A stretch of DNA of 64,000 nt, taken from contig NC_057711.1 in the NCBI RefSeq assembly GCF_004010195.1, forward strand, positions 75,843,579 through 75,907,578, in the 5' to 3' direction. The notes beneath the pieces were generated by a model. That model had not been told where the DNA came from. It worked only from the letters and a program-made list of their open reading frames with translations, and ran no database searches. A program made the translations under genes and the position numbers. This document shows, piece after piece, positions 25,080-37,858 of the stretch. The DNA comes from Chiloscyllium plagiosum. Taxonomy: Eukaryota. Every line of letters begins with the position of its first letter. The first letter of the stretch is position 1.

Positions 25080-28000
25080 GCTCCAGTTAGCCCAGGGGAC
25101 CTGTAAAAGTGGTCCTCACTTCCCTTGTTAAAGCTAATGGACCTCCCTTCTTTATTACAGTTAATGCACTTGCTAGGGCAATTTGAGGCCCTTACGTAAA
25201 CAATAATTTGCCTCCTATAAAACTAATGTCAGGTCTTGAGGGCCAGAGGGGGTGTGGATATGCAGCAGGAAAGTTAGTCACAGAAATGAATTTGCTTCCC
25301 TATTTTCAAATGTAAAGAGGGATGTAAAACACACCCCAGTTTCTCACTTGTGCAATCTGCTCACACAACTATGTCTCTTCTTTTGTTACCATTGGATATC
25401 CATATCTCAAAATGCACCATCCCATCAAATGGTCTCTTTATTGTGTGACTTTTGATTTCTACCATGACAGAATGAACAGATAGCGGTTTTGACAAGGATC
25501 ACTTTAGTGGTTGCATGATTCAGCGCATCTCATCTCTAAGGCCTGAATTTAAATTCGAAAAAGACGGCAAGGATAAATCAGTAATCTTCAGACCATATCA
25601 CAAAAATGTCTATGTAAAACACAAATGGTATGAAATTGTAATTTTCACTCAAGGGAAATCACAATGATTGCTAGTAATGGCAATAAAAATAAACTAGTGT
25701 ACAAGGGAAAACGCTGTTGAGGCGGGGTCAGTGCATTCTGTTGACAATGAGTAGATAGAGCATTTTTAGCACCAATCCCAGCTTATATTTGATATCTTTA
25801 AAGTTGATGGAACAAAAGAATATGCAAAAATGATTTTTGTGCTGAGGAGTGATAACGCACCTTCAAGAGTCCAACATTTCTTTTTAAAATCCATAAAATG
25901 ATAAGGGTTTTGCCAGTCTGAATAATGGTACTCTTAAATGAAAACATTGCACTTTTATTTCTATTTGATCAAATGTGAAGTATTCCAAATATAGAAATCT
26001 TCCAAATAGGTTTTCTGAAAATGATCTCTGATACATTCCATTTTGTATATCAGATTAATTTCTTTTCTAATTAGGAATACCTAATGCAAGATTTCAACAT
26101 TTTTCTTGTTTCTGTATGACTTCCAAGGCTATTGTTATTCGTTGGCGTTCTCTTGTGCTGTCAACTCAGGCTGACAACAAAACAACCCAACAAGAATGGC
26201 AAGCAACCTTTGCCGTTGGACAAAATAATTGTTCAGTCGTTAATTCAAGATAATTTAGGAGTTTTAAATCATTCTGAGAATGTAAGGATGCCTGAAGTTC
26301 ATTCTCAGTACCAATTAATCTATTTGCAAATTGCTTTATGATTTCGTACTTCTGACAAATCATAGGCTTCTTGAAATTTTTGTCAGATCATACAAATGTT
26401 TGTACTGTCCTTTGCAGATTTTATTTTGATCTTATGTTTTTACCATCAGAAATCTTTGGCTGTTTTCATTTTTAAGAAACATATGATGCATATCAGTGCA
26501 CCGTGTACAATTTCTGGCATATTATAGTAGTTAAAAGTGGATGGCATTGCAAAGTAATTTATATAAGATGATGATTTAAAATCTATGTGAGCTCCTGCAT
26601 CACAATAACCAATTTATATTCACTTTCAGCTGTGATTGCTAACTTACTTTATATAGAAAATACAAATTCAGAGCAGAATTGGACAATTTGGCCTCTCAAA
26701 TCTGCTCCACCATTCAATAAGATCATTGCTGAACTATTTGTGTTTTGAATTCCAGATTCCCATTGACCTTGGGTGAACCTTTGCAGTGCATTTTGGAAAT
26801 GGTACACATTGTTGTTATTGCATGTTGCTGGTAGAGGAAATGGATATTTGTAGATGTTGTGCCAGTCAAGCGGGCTATTTGTTCTGGACACTGTCAAGCT
26901 TCCTGAATGATTCTGGAGTTGCACTCACCCAGACAATTGAGGAATATTCTCTCACACTCCTGACTTATGCCTTGTAGATGATGGATAGTCCTTCGGGAGT
27001 CAGAAGGTGAATTACTCACTGCATTATTCCTAGCCTCTGGTCTTCCTTTGCAGCCACTGTATTCATTGGCTAATCCAATTCACTTTCTCGTGTTGTGGGG
27101 AAAGTCACCAACCTCAGAGTCGGGGTGCAATGACAGAGTTTATTGCACAAGGAAATAGCGAAGCTCCGGGGACAGAAAGACACCAACAGAGGTCAGCTGC
27201 AAGTCTTAGAATCATAGAGTCATAGAGATGTGCAGCACGGAAACAGACACTTCAGTCCAACTCGTCCATGCCGACCAGTTATCTCAACCCAATCCAGTCC
27301 CACCTGCCAGCACTGGGCCCATACCCCTCCAAACACTTCCTATTCATATACCCATGCAGATGCCTTTTAAATGTTGCAATTGCACTAGCCTCCACCACTT
27401 ACTCTGGCAGCTCATTCCATACACGTACCACCCTCTGCATGAAAACGTTGCCCCTTAGGTCTCGTTTATATCTTTCCCCTCTCACCATAAACCCATGCCC
27501 TCTAGTTCTGGACTCCCTTACCCTAGGGAAAAGACTTTGTCGATTTATCCTATCCATGGCCCGCATGATTTGGAGACCAGAAATGCATACAATATTCCAA
27601 CAGTGGCCTAACCAAAATCCTGTACACGCGCAACATGACCTCCCAACTCCTGTACTCAATACTCTGACCAATAAAGGAAAGCATACCAATTGCTTTCTTC
27701 ACTATCCTATCTAGCTGCGACTCCACTTTCACTGAGCTATGAACCTGCACTCTGAGGACTCTTTGTTCAGCAACACTCCATAGGACCTTACCATTAAGTG
27801 TATAAGTCCTGCTAAGATTTGCTTTCCCAAATCTTATGTGTATCATTGATAGTTACAGGTGAGGTGCTGGAAGACTGGAGGTTGGCTAATGTGGTGCCAC
27901 TGTTTAAGAAAGGTGGCAAGGACATGCTAGGGAACTATAGACCAGTGAACCTGACGTCGGTGGTGGGCAACTTGTTGGAGGGAATCCTGAGGGACAGGAT

Positions 28001-28264
28001 GTACATGTTTTTGGATAGGCAGGGACTGATTAGGAATAGTCAACATGGCTTTGTGCGTGGGAAATCATGTCTCACAAACTTGATTGAGTTTTTTGAAGAA
28101 GTAACAAAGAGGATTGATGAGGGCAGAGTAGTAAATGTGATCTATATGGACTTCAGTAAGGCGTTCGACAAGGTTCCCCATGGGAGACTGATTAGCAAGG
28201 TTAGAACTCATGGAATACAGGGAGAACTAGTTGTTTGGGTAAAGAACTGGCTCAAAGGTGGTGG

Positions 28265-28580
28265 TAAAAGTTGTGGTTCTGTTCGCCGAGCTGGGAATTT
28301 GTGTTGCAGACGTTTCGTCCCCTGTCTAGGTGACATCCTCAGTGCTTGGGAGCCTCCTGTGAAGCGCTTCTGTGATGTTTCTTCTGGCATTTATAGTGGT
28401 TTGTATCTGCCGCTTCTGGATGTCAGTTCCAGCTGTCCGCTGCAGTGGCTGGTATATTGGGTCCAGGTCGATGTGCTTATTGATTGAATCTGTGGATGAG
28501 TGCAATGCCTCTAGGAATTCCCTGGCTGTTCTCTGTTTGGCTTGTCCTATAATAGTAGTGGTGTCCCAGTCGAACCCAGT
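28265..28580 (-). mobile_element. Penelope-like 3' fragment (GIY-YIG C-terminus plus hammerhead) inserted in CR1
   Basis: Same family as 63070-63924 (TIIGQAKQRTAREFLEA). CR1 RT continues on both sides. Confidence 0.85.
28306..28345 (-). ncRNA. Minimal type-I hammerhead ribozyme motif
   Basis: gca CTGAGGA tGTCACCT-agac-AGGGGAC GAAA cGTC tgc. Core, stem II, GUC site and 3-bp stem I are all present. Confidence 0.7.
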
Positions 28581-30592
28581 CGAACGGTGGTAAAAGGTTG
28601 TTTTTTAGACTGGAGGCCTGTGACCAGTAGATTGCCACAAGGATCGGTGCTGGGTCCTCTACTTCTCATCATTTATAGAAATGATTTGGATGTGAACATA
28701 AGAGGTATAGTTAGTAGATTTACAGATTACACCAAAATTGGAGGTGTAGTGAACAGCGAAGAAGGCAGCAGTGCTAACTACTGATATCCAGCACTTTCTC
28801 CCCTGTATTGTAGACATTTTTCAAGTTGTCTATTTCCCTACATTCTATATCTTCCATGTCCTTTTCCACAGTAAACACTGATGCAAAATATTCGTTTTGT
28901 ATCTTCCCCATCTTCTGCTGCTCCACACAAAGGCCACCTTGCTGATCTTTGAGGGGCCCTATTTTCTCGAGTCACCCGTTTGTCCTGAATGCATTTATAA
29001 AAACCCTCTGGATTCTCCTTAACTCTACTTGACAAAGCTATCTCATGTCTCCTTTTTGCCCTCCTGATTCCTCTCTTAAGTATACTCCTACTGCCTTTAT
29101 ACTCTTCTAAGGATTCTCTCGATCTATCCTGTCTATACCTGACATATGCTTCCTTCTTTTTCTTAACCAAACCCTCAATTTCTTTAGTCATCCAGCATTC
29201 CCAATACCTACCAGCCTTGCCTTTCACCCTAACAGGAATATACTTTCTCCAGATTCTCGGTATCTCATTTCTGAAGGCTTCCCATTTTCCACCCATCCCT
29301 TTACCTGCGAACATCTGCCCCCAATCAGCTTTTGAAAGTCCTTGCCTAATACCGTCAAAATTGGCCTTTCTCCAATTTAGAACTTCAACTTTTAGATCTG
29401 ATCTATCCTTTTCCATCACTATTTTAAAACTTATGGAACTATGGTCACTCCTGCACTCCATGGTCTCTTTGTTCAGCAACACTCCCTCGGACCTTACCAT
29501 TAAGTGCGTACATCCTGCTAAGATTTGCTTTCCCATAATGCAGCACCACGTTTATCTAAATTAAACTCCATCTGCCACTTCTCAGCCTATTGGCCCATCT
29601 GATCAAGATCCCATTGTAATCTAAGGTATCTTTGGCTTATAATTTAAGTTTAATCAACAGACATCTCTCAATAAAACACTTAAGAACTCATTCTACTCAC
29701 GACTACAGACTTATTCTAAGGCCACGCTGATCTGTTCTGTGCTGTGACAGCTCCTGATCAGGTTCCTCCAAGATCAGTTGTGATTTTCACTGTTTGTTAA
29801 TTTTCCCAAACACACTCCAATGTCCAGCGATACACGAATTCAATAGCAAAGGCAGTAACTGCGCAGGTTCACTGCTCTGTCAGTTAGCAATGTGGGTTTC
29901 TTGCTCTCTCTCTCTCTCTCTCCTGCACTGACCTCACCATATGCTTCCTTGTCTGTTCTCTCTTTTAAAAGTGCTGCTGTTGCTGTTCCAAAACAATGCA
30001 ACAGCATATAAAATGCTGATCCTGGAATTCGAGGAAATCACCTCCAACACCTAAAATACCTCAAAAAAGGAGCAGCTGTTACAGACAGAAATTTTTCCCA
30101 TTCTCCATCTTGAATTACCCAGAATCCCTCTCTCAACCTGGAGCACATGTCGAGAAATTTTTATACGTCTTGTGATACAATAGGTCAGTGATGAGATTAT
30201 TGTCTTTGTACATGGTTTGTTTATAGCAATCGGTACAGAATCATTGATAGTTTTGATACAGTCATTGTCAGTTTCAATGTCTGCACGGAATTCCATTACT
30301 GTAGTAATGGGCGCTAATTGCTCTTCCTGAGAAGGATGATTACTGCAGCCCTGGCCATTAACATTTCGTATTGAGTCTGTATCAAGTTGTTAGCATTTCT
30401 ATAAGAGGCGCTGGCTGGAGCCAAACACTTCGGCAGGCAGTGTTCGTTACTCATGTGTATTCTCTCCTCCGCTCGCCTTAAACTAATCAAGTGCATTGTG
30501 CTGCATTCTGATGGCCTCAGGCAGTGTCTGTATCTGCTCTGCTGTTTCTCTTCATGTTGTGAACCGGCAGCCATCTTATGTGTCAAGTTGGG

Positions 30593-30717
30593 GAGAAAGT
30601 GAGGTCTGCAGATGCTGGAGATCAGAGCTGAAAATGTGTTGCTGGAAAAGCGCAGCAGGTCAGGCAGCATCCAGGGAACAGGAGAATCGACGTTTCGGGC
30701 ATAAGCCCTTCTTCAGG
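30593..30717 (-). mobile_element. Penelope 3'-end fragment with hammerhead core
   Basis: 7-bp flanking duplication aagttgg. Minus strand reads CTGAAGA AGGGC ttat GCCC GAAA CGTC. Confidence 0.75.
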
Positions 30718-31244
30718 AAGTTGGCCAACTGATGGCTCAGAGGCCATCTTGTGTGTCTGTGTGCCTAGTGTCACCCTGCCCCGTGCCATCTTCCTCTTCA
30801 CTAGTAACCTCTAGGGTGTTGATATTGGGGGACGAATGATGCTGATCATTATACAAACACCAATTGCGGGAGGGAACCTTTGAAAATGGTTGGGTCGAGG
30901 ACACTAATAATGAATACCTGTGGAGGTGTGCCGGAACTTAGATGACTGAACAAAAACATCTTTGTTTCTGCCAGTTAGGACTCCAACTAGTTAAAGAATT
31001 CACCCTCTCCCGATACTCATTGACTTCATTTTTGCCAGGGCTCCTCCGTGTCATAATCAGTCAAATGCAACCTTGATATCAAGAACAGTCACTCTCACTT
31101 CACCTCCAGAATTCTAGATGTGAACCACATAGGAGGTCATAAGGAGGTCAGAAGCTGAGTGGTTTTAGCAGAACACAAAATCAGCATGTCAGCAGGTTAT
31201 TGCTAAGCAAGTGTTGCTTGTTGACACCTTCTATCATTTTCTGG

Positions 31245-32075
31245 ATTAGTGGTGCTGGAAGAGCACAGCAGCTCAGGCAGCATCCAAGGAGCTTCGAAAT
31301 CGACGTTTCGGGCAAAAGCCCTTCATCAGGAATAAAGGCAGTGAGCCTGAAGCGTGGAGAGATAAGCTAGAGGAGGGTGGGGAGAAAGTAGCGTAGAGTA
31401 CAATGGGTGAGTGGGGGAGGGGATGAAGGTGATAGGTCAGGGAGGAGAGGGTGGAGTGNNNNNNNNNNNNNNNNNNNNNNNNNNNNNNNNNNNNNNNNNN
31501 NNNNNNNNNNNNNNNNNNNNNNNNNNNNNNNNNNNNNNNNNNNNNNNNNNNNNNNNNNNNNNNNNNNNNNNNNNNNNNNNNNNNNNNNNNNNNNNNNNNN
31601 NNNNNNNNNNNNNNNNNNNNNNNNNNNNNNNNNNNNNNNNNNNNNNNNNNNNNNNNNNNNNNNNNNNNNNNNNNNNNNNNNNNNNNNNNNNNNNNNNNNN
31701 NNNNNNNNNNNNNNNNNNNNNNNNNNNNNNNNNNNNNNNNNNNNNNNNNNNNNNNNNNNNNNNNNNNNNNNNNNNNNNNNNNNNNNNNNNNNNNNNNNNN
31801 NNNNNNNNGGAAGGCGGAAAGGGGTGAGGAGGGAAATATATCCCTGGAGGTGGGGTCTTTTTGGAGGTGGCGGAAATGTCGGCGGATGATTTGGTTTATG
31901 CGAAGGTTTGTAGGGTGGAAGGTGAGCACTAGGGGCGTTCTGTCCTTGTTAGGGTTGGAGGGGTGGGGTCTGAGGGCAGAGGTGCAGGATGTGGACGAGA
32001 TGCGTTGGAGGGCATCTTTAACCACGTGGGAAGCGAAATTGCGGTCTCTAAAGAAGGAGGCCATCTGGTGTGTTC
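31245..32075 (-). mobile_element. Penelope-like element, 3' part with hammerhead; spans an assembly gap
   Basis: ORF MASFFRDRNF...RTPLVLTFHPTNLRINQIIRRHFRHLQ is typical of the PLE RT-to-GIY-YIG linker. CTGATGA AGGGC tttt GCCC GAAA CGTC at 31329-31302. Confidence 0.85.
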
Positions 32076-33654
32076 TTATCTTCTGTCGTTTTACTGGTGA
32101 TCAAGAGTCAACTAATGGAGCACTAATTAGATGGGTTGGATTTGTCCTGGCTTTTGTGTACAAGATTTGGCTGGGCAATAATTCACTTGTCGTGTACATA
32201 TATATCAATGTTGGAGAAGAACTGGAGCAGCTTGGCTAGGGGTGTGGCAAGTTCTGGAACACTTCAATGTCTTCAATACAGTTGCTGGAATGTTGTCAGA
32301 ATCCACAGCTTTTGCAGTAGCCAGTGTCTACAACTGTTTCTTGATATCACATGGAGTGAGCCGAATTGGCCAAAGGCTGGCAACAATGATGCTATGGACC
32401 TCTAGAAGAGGCAAAGATTGATCATCCAGTTGGGCTGCTGGCTGAAGACTGTGGTGCATTCTTCAGCCTCATCATTTACTGGCTGCCCCCAACATTGAGG
32501 ATGGAACTTATTATGCAAGCTCCTTCTCCACTGAGTTGTTTAATTGTCCACCAGCTTTTACAACTGGATGTAACAGGACAATGGAGGTCAAATCTGATGC
32601 CCTGGTTGTGGGATTGCTGAGTACTATTACTTGCTGCTTATGTTGTTTGGTGCACAAGTTATCTGATTTTGTAGCTTCACCAGGGTGACACCTCAATTTT
32701 AGACATGCCCTCCTGCATTCTTCACTGAACCGGGCTTGAACCCTGGCTTGACGATAATGCTAGAGTGCAGGATATGCTGGGCCATGAGGTTCAGAATGTG
32801 TTGGATTCTGATTCTCTTGCTGTTGATGACCTATGACATTTTACGAATGCTAGACCTGTTCAAAGTCTATTCCATTTAGTGCAATGAAAGTGCGACACAA
32901 CTCAATATAAGGAATTCTCAAATTGAAGGCAGGACATGGTCTCCATAAGGACTATGCAGTGGTCACATTTAGCAATAATATAATGGACAAATGCATTTGT
33001 GGCAGACAGATTAGTGAGGATAAGGTCAAGTACGTCTTGCTTTCCAGTTGGTTCTCTCACCACCTGCTGCAGTCCTAATCCAGCAGCAATGTACTTTAGC
33101 ACTCAGCCAGCTCAATCAGTAGTGCTGCTGCTGAGCAACTCTAGATGGTGGACACTGAAACATCCCATCCGGAATTCATTCTGTAGACTTGCCATCCTCA
33201 GTGCCCCCTAAGTGACATTCTGCTTCCGGTAAGATAGAGGTAGAGTAGAAAGCTCCAGCCGGAGCTCGTCCACTCTTCCCATTCTTTGTCTTTTTCTTTT
33301 TTTAATCTTCCTCTTTGCTTCCCTTCTGTTCTGTCTTCTTGGACTTAAGACACCCAACCCTGGCCTCCACCTCCGAACCGATGTTGGTGGTACAAAGCAG
33401 GGACTGCAGTGACAAATGGCCTGAAGTGGAGTCACCAGTGGCCCTAAGCGAAGTCGGGGCGGCAGCCCCAGTGTGGGAGCTGGGGCACCAGCCAAGTGCG
33501 GACCATGACAGCAGCCAGGGGTCAGACCATTTGGAGGCCTCTGTACAGGTCTCCTCCTCTTCGAGAGAGACTTGTCTTTTTAACTTTGCTTCTTGTTTTT
33601 ATGATTATACTGTGTATAGCTGTAATATAACTTTTATTTTCGTAATTTCTCAAT

Positions 33655-35765
33655 TAGAGAGTCATAGAGTCATACAGATATACAACATGGAAACAGACCC
33701 ATTGGTCCAATTCGTTCATGTCAATGAGATGTCTCGAATAAATCTATTTCCATTTGCCAGCAGTTGGCCCATATCCATCTACACCCTTCCTATTCATATA
33801 TCCATCCAGATGCCTTTTAAATGTTGTAATTGTCCCAGCCTCCTTCACTTCCTCTGCCAGCTCATTCCATACATGCAAAACCTGCCCCTTACGCCCCTTT
33901 TAAATCTTTCCTCTCTTACCTTAAACCCACCTCTAATTTTCGACCCCCCCAGGGAAAAGAACTTGTCTATTTACCCAATCCATGCCCCCTCATGATTTTA
34001 TAAACCTCTGTAAGGTCATCCCTCAGCCTCTGAAACTCCAGGAAAAATAGCCACAGCCTATTCAGCATCTACCTTGAGCTCAAACCCTCTAACGCTGGTA
34101 ACATCCTTGTAAATCTTTTCTGAACGCTTTTGTAACAGGGAGACCAGAATTGCAAGCAGTATTCCAACTGTGGCCTAACCAACGTCCTGTACAGCTGCAA
34201 TATGACATCCCAAGTTCCGAAATTCAATGCAATAAAGGCATGCATACCAAACGCCTTCCTCACTATCCTATCTAGCTGTGACTCCAGTTTCAAGGAACGA
34301 TATACCTGCACTCCAAGGTTTCTTTGCATTGAAATAAATGCAGTTCAATTTATTAGGTCCTACCTTGTCCCTGCCTGCCCTGACTGTTTGACTGGCGTCT
34401 GTTCTCAACTGTACCAGTCTCAGATTGATCTCTTTCCTCATATCTCCCTGGGTTCTCGACCCCCCACCACCACCCCCGCCACCTTACTAGTTTAAATCCT
34501 CCCGAGCAACTCTAGCAAATCTACCTGTCAGTATATTAGTCCCCTTCCAATTCAGGTGCAATCCATCCTTCTTGTACAGGTCACTTCTACCCCAAAAGAG
34601 ATTCCAATGATCCAAAAATGTGAATCCTTCTCCCATACACCAGCTCCTCAGCCATGCAGTCATCTGCTCTATCTTCCTATTCCTGCCCTCACTAGCTCAT
34701 AGCACCGGGAGTAATCCAGATATTACTACTCTCAAGGACCGCCTTCTTAAATTCCTGCCTAACTCTCTGTAATCACCCTTCAGCATCTCAACCCTTTCCC
34801 TTCCTATGTTGTTGGTTCCAATGTGGACAATGACCTTTTGCTGGCCCCTTTCCCCATGAGTACATTCTGCACCCTCTCTGAGACATCCCTGATCCTGGCA
34901 CCAGGGAAACAACACACCATTCTGATTTTTCGCTGCTGGCCATAGAAACGTTTGTCTGTACCTCGGACTACAGAATCCCCTAACACAATCGATCTCTTGG
35001 AACCCGACGTACCCCTCATTGCTTTAGAGCCAGTCTCAATACCACAAACTTGGCTGTTCGTGCTACGTTCCCCTGAGAATCCATGACCCCCTACATTTTC
35101 CAAAACAGCATACTTGTTTGAAATGGGTATAGCCACAGAAAGCTCCTGCACTAGCTACCTACTTCTCTTACCTTTCCTGGAGTTAATCCATCTATGTGAC
35201 TGTGTCTGAGACTTTCCCACCTTCCTATAACTGTCATCCATCACATACTGTTGCTGTTGCAAATTCCTTTTTGCTTCTAACTGTCTCTCCAATCAATCCA
35301 TTCGATCTAATAATATTCACAACAAACAGCATTGATTGCAGATATAATCCACAGTAACCCTTAAACACTCTTTAAACTCCCACATCTGACAAGAAGTGCA
35401 TATCACTGTACTAAAGGCCATTTTTGCTCCTTCACAATCTACAAACCCAGAAAATAACACCGTCTTATTCCTCTACAAAACACTGCCCCAGGTTAAATTA
35501 ATAGTTACAGCTTATATTTAAGTTTAATCAAGAGACATATCTCAAAAATATATAATCAAGAAAGAACCCACTCTACTCTACTGTAGACTTTCTGTAGGTC
35601 CCACTTTAAAAAAAAAAATACACTTATCTGCTTCTGGGCTGTGAACTTCACCCAAACAGTTCCTCCAAGATCAGTTGTGAATTTTACAGTGTTAATTTTC
35701 CCAGACGCACTCCAATGTCCAACAATACATGAATTCAAACAGCAAAGGCAGTAATTGTGCAGGTT
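33655..35765 (-). mobile_element. Internally deleted CR1 LINE: 3' end, SGNH/GDSL esterase ORF1 (about 34690-35150) and 5' UTR
   Basis: IVLGDSVVRG, CCFPGARIRDV, VHIGTNNI and VVISGLLP are CR1 ORF1 esterase blocks. 3' tail at 33655. Confidence 0.9.
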
Positions 35766-36390
35766 CCCTGGAGGAACTTTTTTTTGAACTCCTGCCTAAC
35801 CTCCTCCATTCTCTCCTCAGAACCTTGTACTTTTCCTTTCCTATGTCATTAGTTCCAATGTGTACAACAAACTCCTGCTGATCCCTCTCCCCTTTGAGAA
35901 TATTCTGCATCCTTTCTGACATATCCTTGATCCTGGCTCCAGGGAGGCAACATATCATTCTGATGTCTCGCTGTCGGCCACAGAAATATCTGTCTGTGCC
36001 TCTTACCAGACAGTCCCTTATCAAAATCGATCGCTTGGAACCTGGTATACCCCTCATTACATGAGAGCCAGTCTCAGTACCAGAAACCTGGCTGTTAGTG
36101 TCACACTCCCCGAGAGTCAATCACTACCTACACTTTCTAAAACAGCATACTTTTTGGGAATAGCCACAGGACACACCTGCACTACCTGCCTCCATTCCCT
36201 ACCCTTCCTGGAGGTAACCCATCTACCTGGCTGTAGCTTCAGTTTATCTCCCTCCCTGCAACTATCATATCCCCACCTCCTGTAAATTCCTCATTGCCTC
36301 TAACTGCCGGTCCAACCAATCTATGCAATATGATAGGATTCACATCCAAACATACTTCCTGCAGACCTAATCATCAGTAAACTCTTCCAG
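35766..36390 (-). mobile_element. Second CR1 esterase ORF1 fragment; an older copy follows to about 37450
   Basis: CCLPGARIKDMSER and VVHIGTNDIG. Confidence 0.85.
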
Positions 36391-37678
36391 AAAGTTGAAA
36401 TAAAAATAGAAAATTCTAGAAATCCTGAGCAGGTCAGGCAGGATTTATTTGACATACTTTGTGCATTTACAAACATGCAATAAAAGAACTACTTTCCATT
36501 GTGTACCATCTTGGCTTGATTCCATCCAGCAATTTACTACAATTTACTTTAAAGCTACCAGAGCTTTCCCAATCCTTGGTACACCATGTTTCTCTTTACT
36601 AATACTAAACCTGATTATCATCCGCCAGTCAAGTTAGATTAAACTATCCCTAAAACATGAACAATCCAACCCATGGGGACATTAGTTCTGACTTGTTTGA
36701 GGTGCAACTGTCCAGCCTGTACAGTACCTCATCCCTGAAAACTGATCCAATATTCTTGTTACGAAACGTGTTCTCCTGCAAGATCTAATTAGCCAAACAC
36801 GCATCTATTCTAACCTCTTATTTTTATCCTCGCTAGAGTGTGAATGAAGATAAATCTGGAAATTGCCATCTCTAATGTCTTGCTTAATTATTCTTTTTCC
36901 TTCCTCCCAAAGGTGAAGCTGCAGAAGTTCCATTCCACTTTCTGCTGATGTCATTGGTACGGAAATGAGAACTGTCAGCTGTTCAGCCTCCTCTTTCAAA
37001 ATTCCCTATATTCCCAAAATTCCCAAATCTCATCTGCACCTGCAGAAAAGCATGTCAGTTCTCCTAACTACAAAATTCCCAATCACCATTGCTCTTCCAA
37101 TTTTTCCCTTCTCCATGTGCAGCTCAGCCACTGGATGGTGCCATGGGTCTGATTGTACTCTCGAAAGGAACCCTCTCGAACTGAATACTGGTTAGTGAGT
37201 CTTTTGAGGTCTACTACAATATCTGCTTGATCCTTTTCATCTGTATGGCTGTGTCCCATTACCTCTCTGCCTGCACATTTTTAATTTGTGACTAACTCCC
37301 AAAATGCTATCATGATGTCACAGTCGTCCCAACTACTTCTCAACCTCTGAAAATTGAAACTTGGATGCCAACACTTCCTAAACATGGTTATCAAGGACTA
37401 ATGAAATGTCCTGGATTTCCCACATTGTGCATAAGCATTCCATATGCTTAAAGCTGCCACTCTATGTATTAAGCTATAAACTTATAAACACATTGAAGAC
37501 TGAAAGAAAAAAAACTCACCATTTATTCAACAGCTTCTTTTTCTCTGCAATTTCATTTTGAAGTTCTATCTCTCTCCTTTGTGTTTCTGCTGTTTTAGTT
37601 CTTGACAAACTCTAAAAATATGAAACACATAAATGTTTAGTATGCTGACAATTTATAAACCTGCCATAAAAGTCTCAG

Positions 37679-37858
37679 AAACAAAAACGGAAGTTGCTGG
37701 AAAAGCTCAGCAGGTCTGGTAGCATCTGTGACCTTTCCTCAGAACTGGATCCAAAAAGTTAACTTTAATTTCTCTTCACTGATACTGGTGAGCTTTTTTA
37801 GCAACTTCTGTTTTTGTTTCTGATTTACAGCATCCACAATTCTTTTTGGTTTTTATTT
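37679..37858. mobile_element. Older Penelope-derived fold-back mini-element
   Basis: TSD cataaaa(g/a)tctcag (37665-37678, 37859-37872). Inverted arms aaacaaaaacggaagttgct / agcaacttctgtttttgttt. Confidence 0.7.

Larger units (their letters stand above)
27207..30130 (-). mobile_element. CR1 LINE with an internal inversion (RT segment about 27830-28765 on +) and deletions
   Basis: 3' tail at 27207. The plus-strand block encodes DWRLANVVPLFKKG...YRPVNLTSVVG...YMDFSKAFDKVPH. Minus-strand ORF2 at 28770-29630 and 5' UTR at 29635-30130. Confidence 0.85.
27091..30800. mobile_element. Probable solo LTR split by a rearranged CR1 and a Penelope 3' fragment, itself within an older LINE (about 26750-33230)
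   Basis: TG at 27091 and CA at 30800, with flanks ctcg/ctag. Host LINE sequence resumes after 30800. Confidence 0.5.

Noticed and set aside
26130..26520. Coding-looking stretch (possible pseudogene or transposase)
   Set aside because: The frames I translated contain stops and no motif I could recognise.
31273..32239. Long ORFs of 138-263 aa
   Set aside because: The lengths are inflated by the N gap. The real portion is a Penelope fragment.
34690..36120. Host GDSL esterase gene
   Set aside because: Frameshifted, intronless, repeated and embedded between a CR1 5' UTR and ORF2. It is the known CR1 ORF1 esterase.
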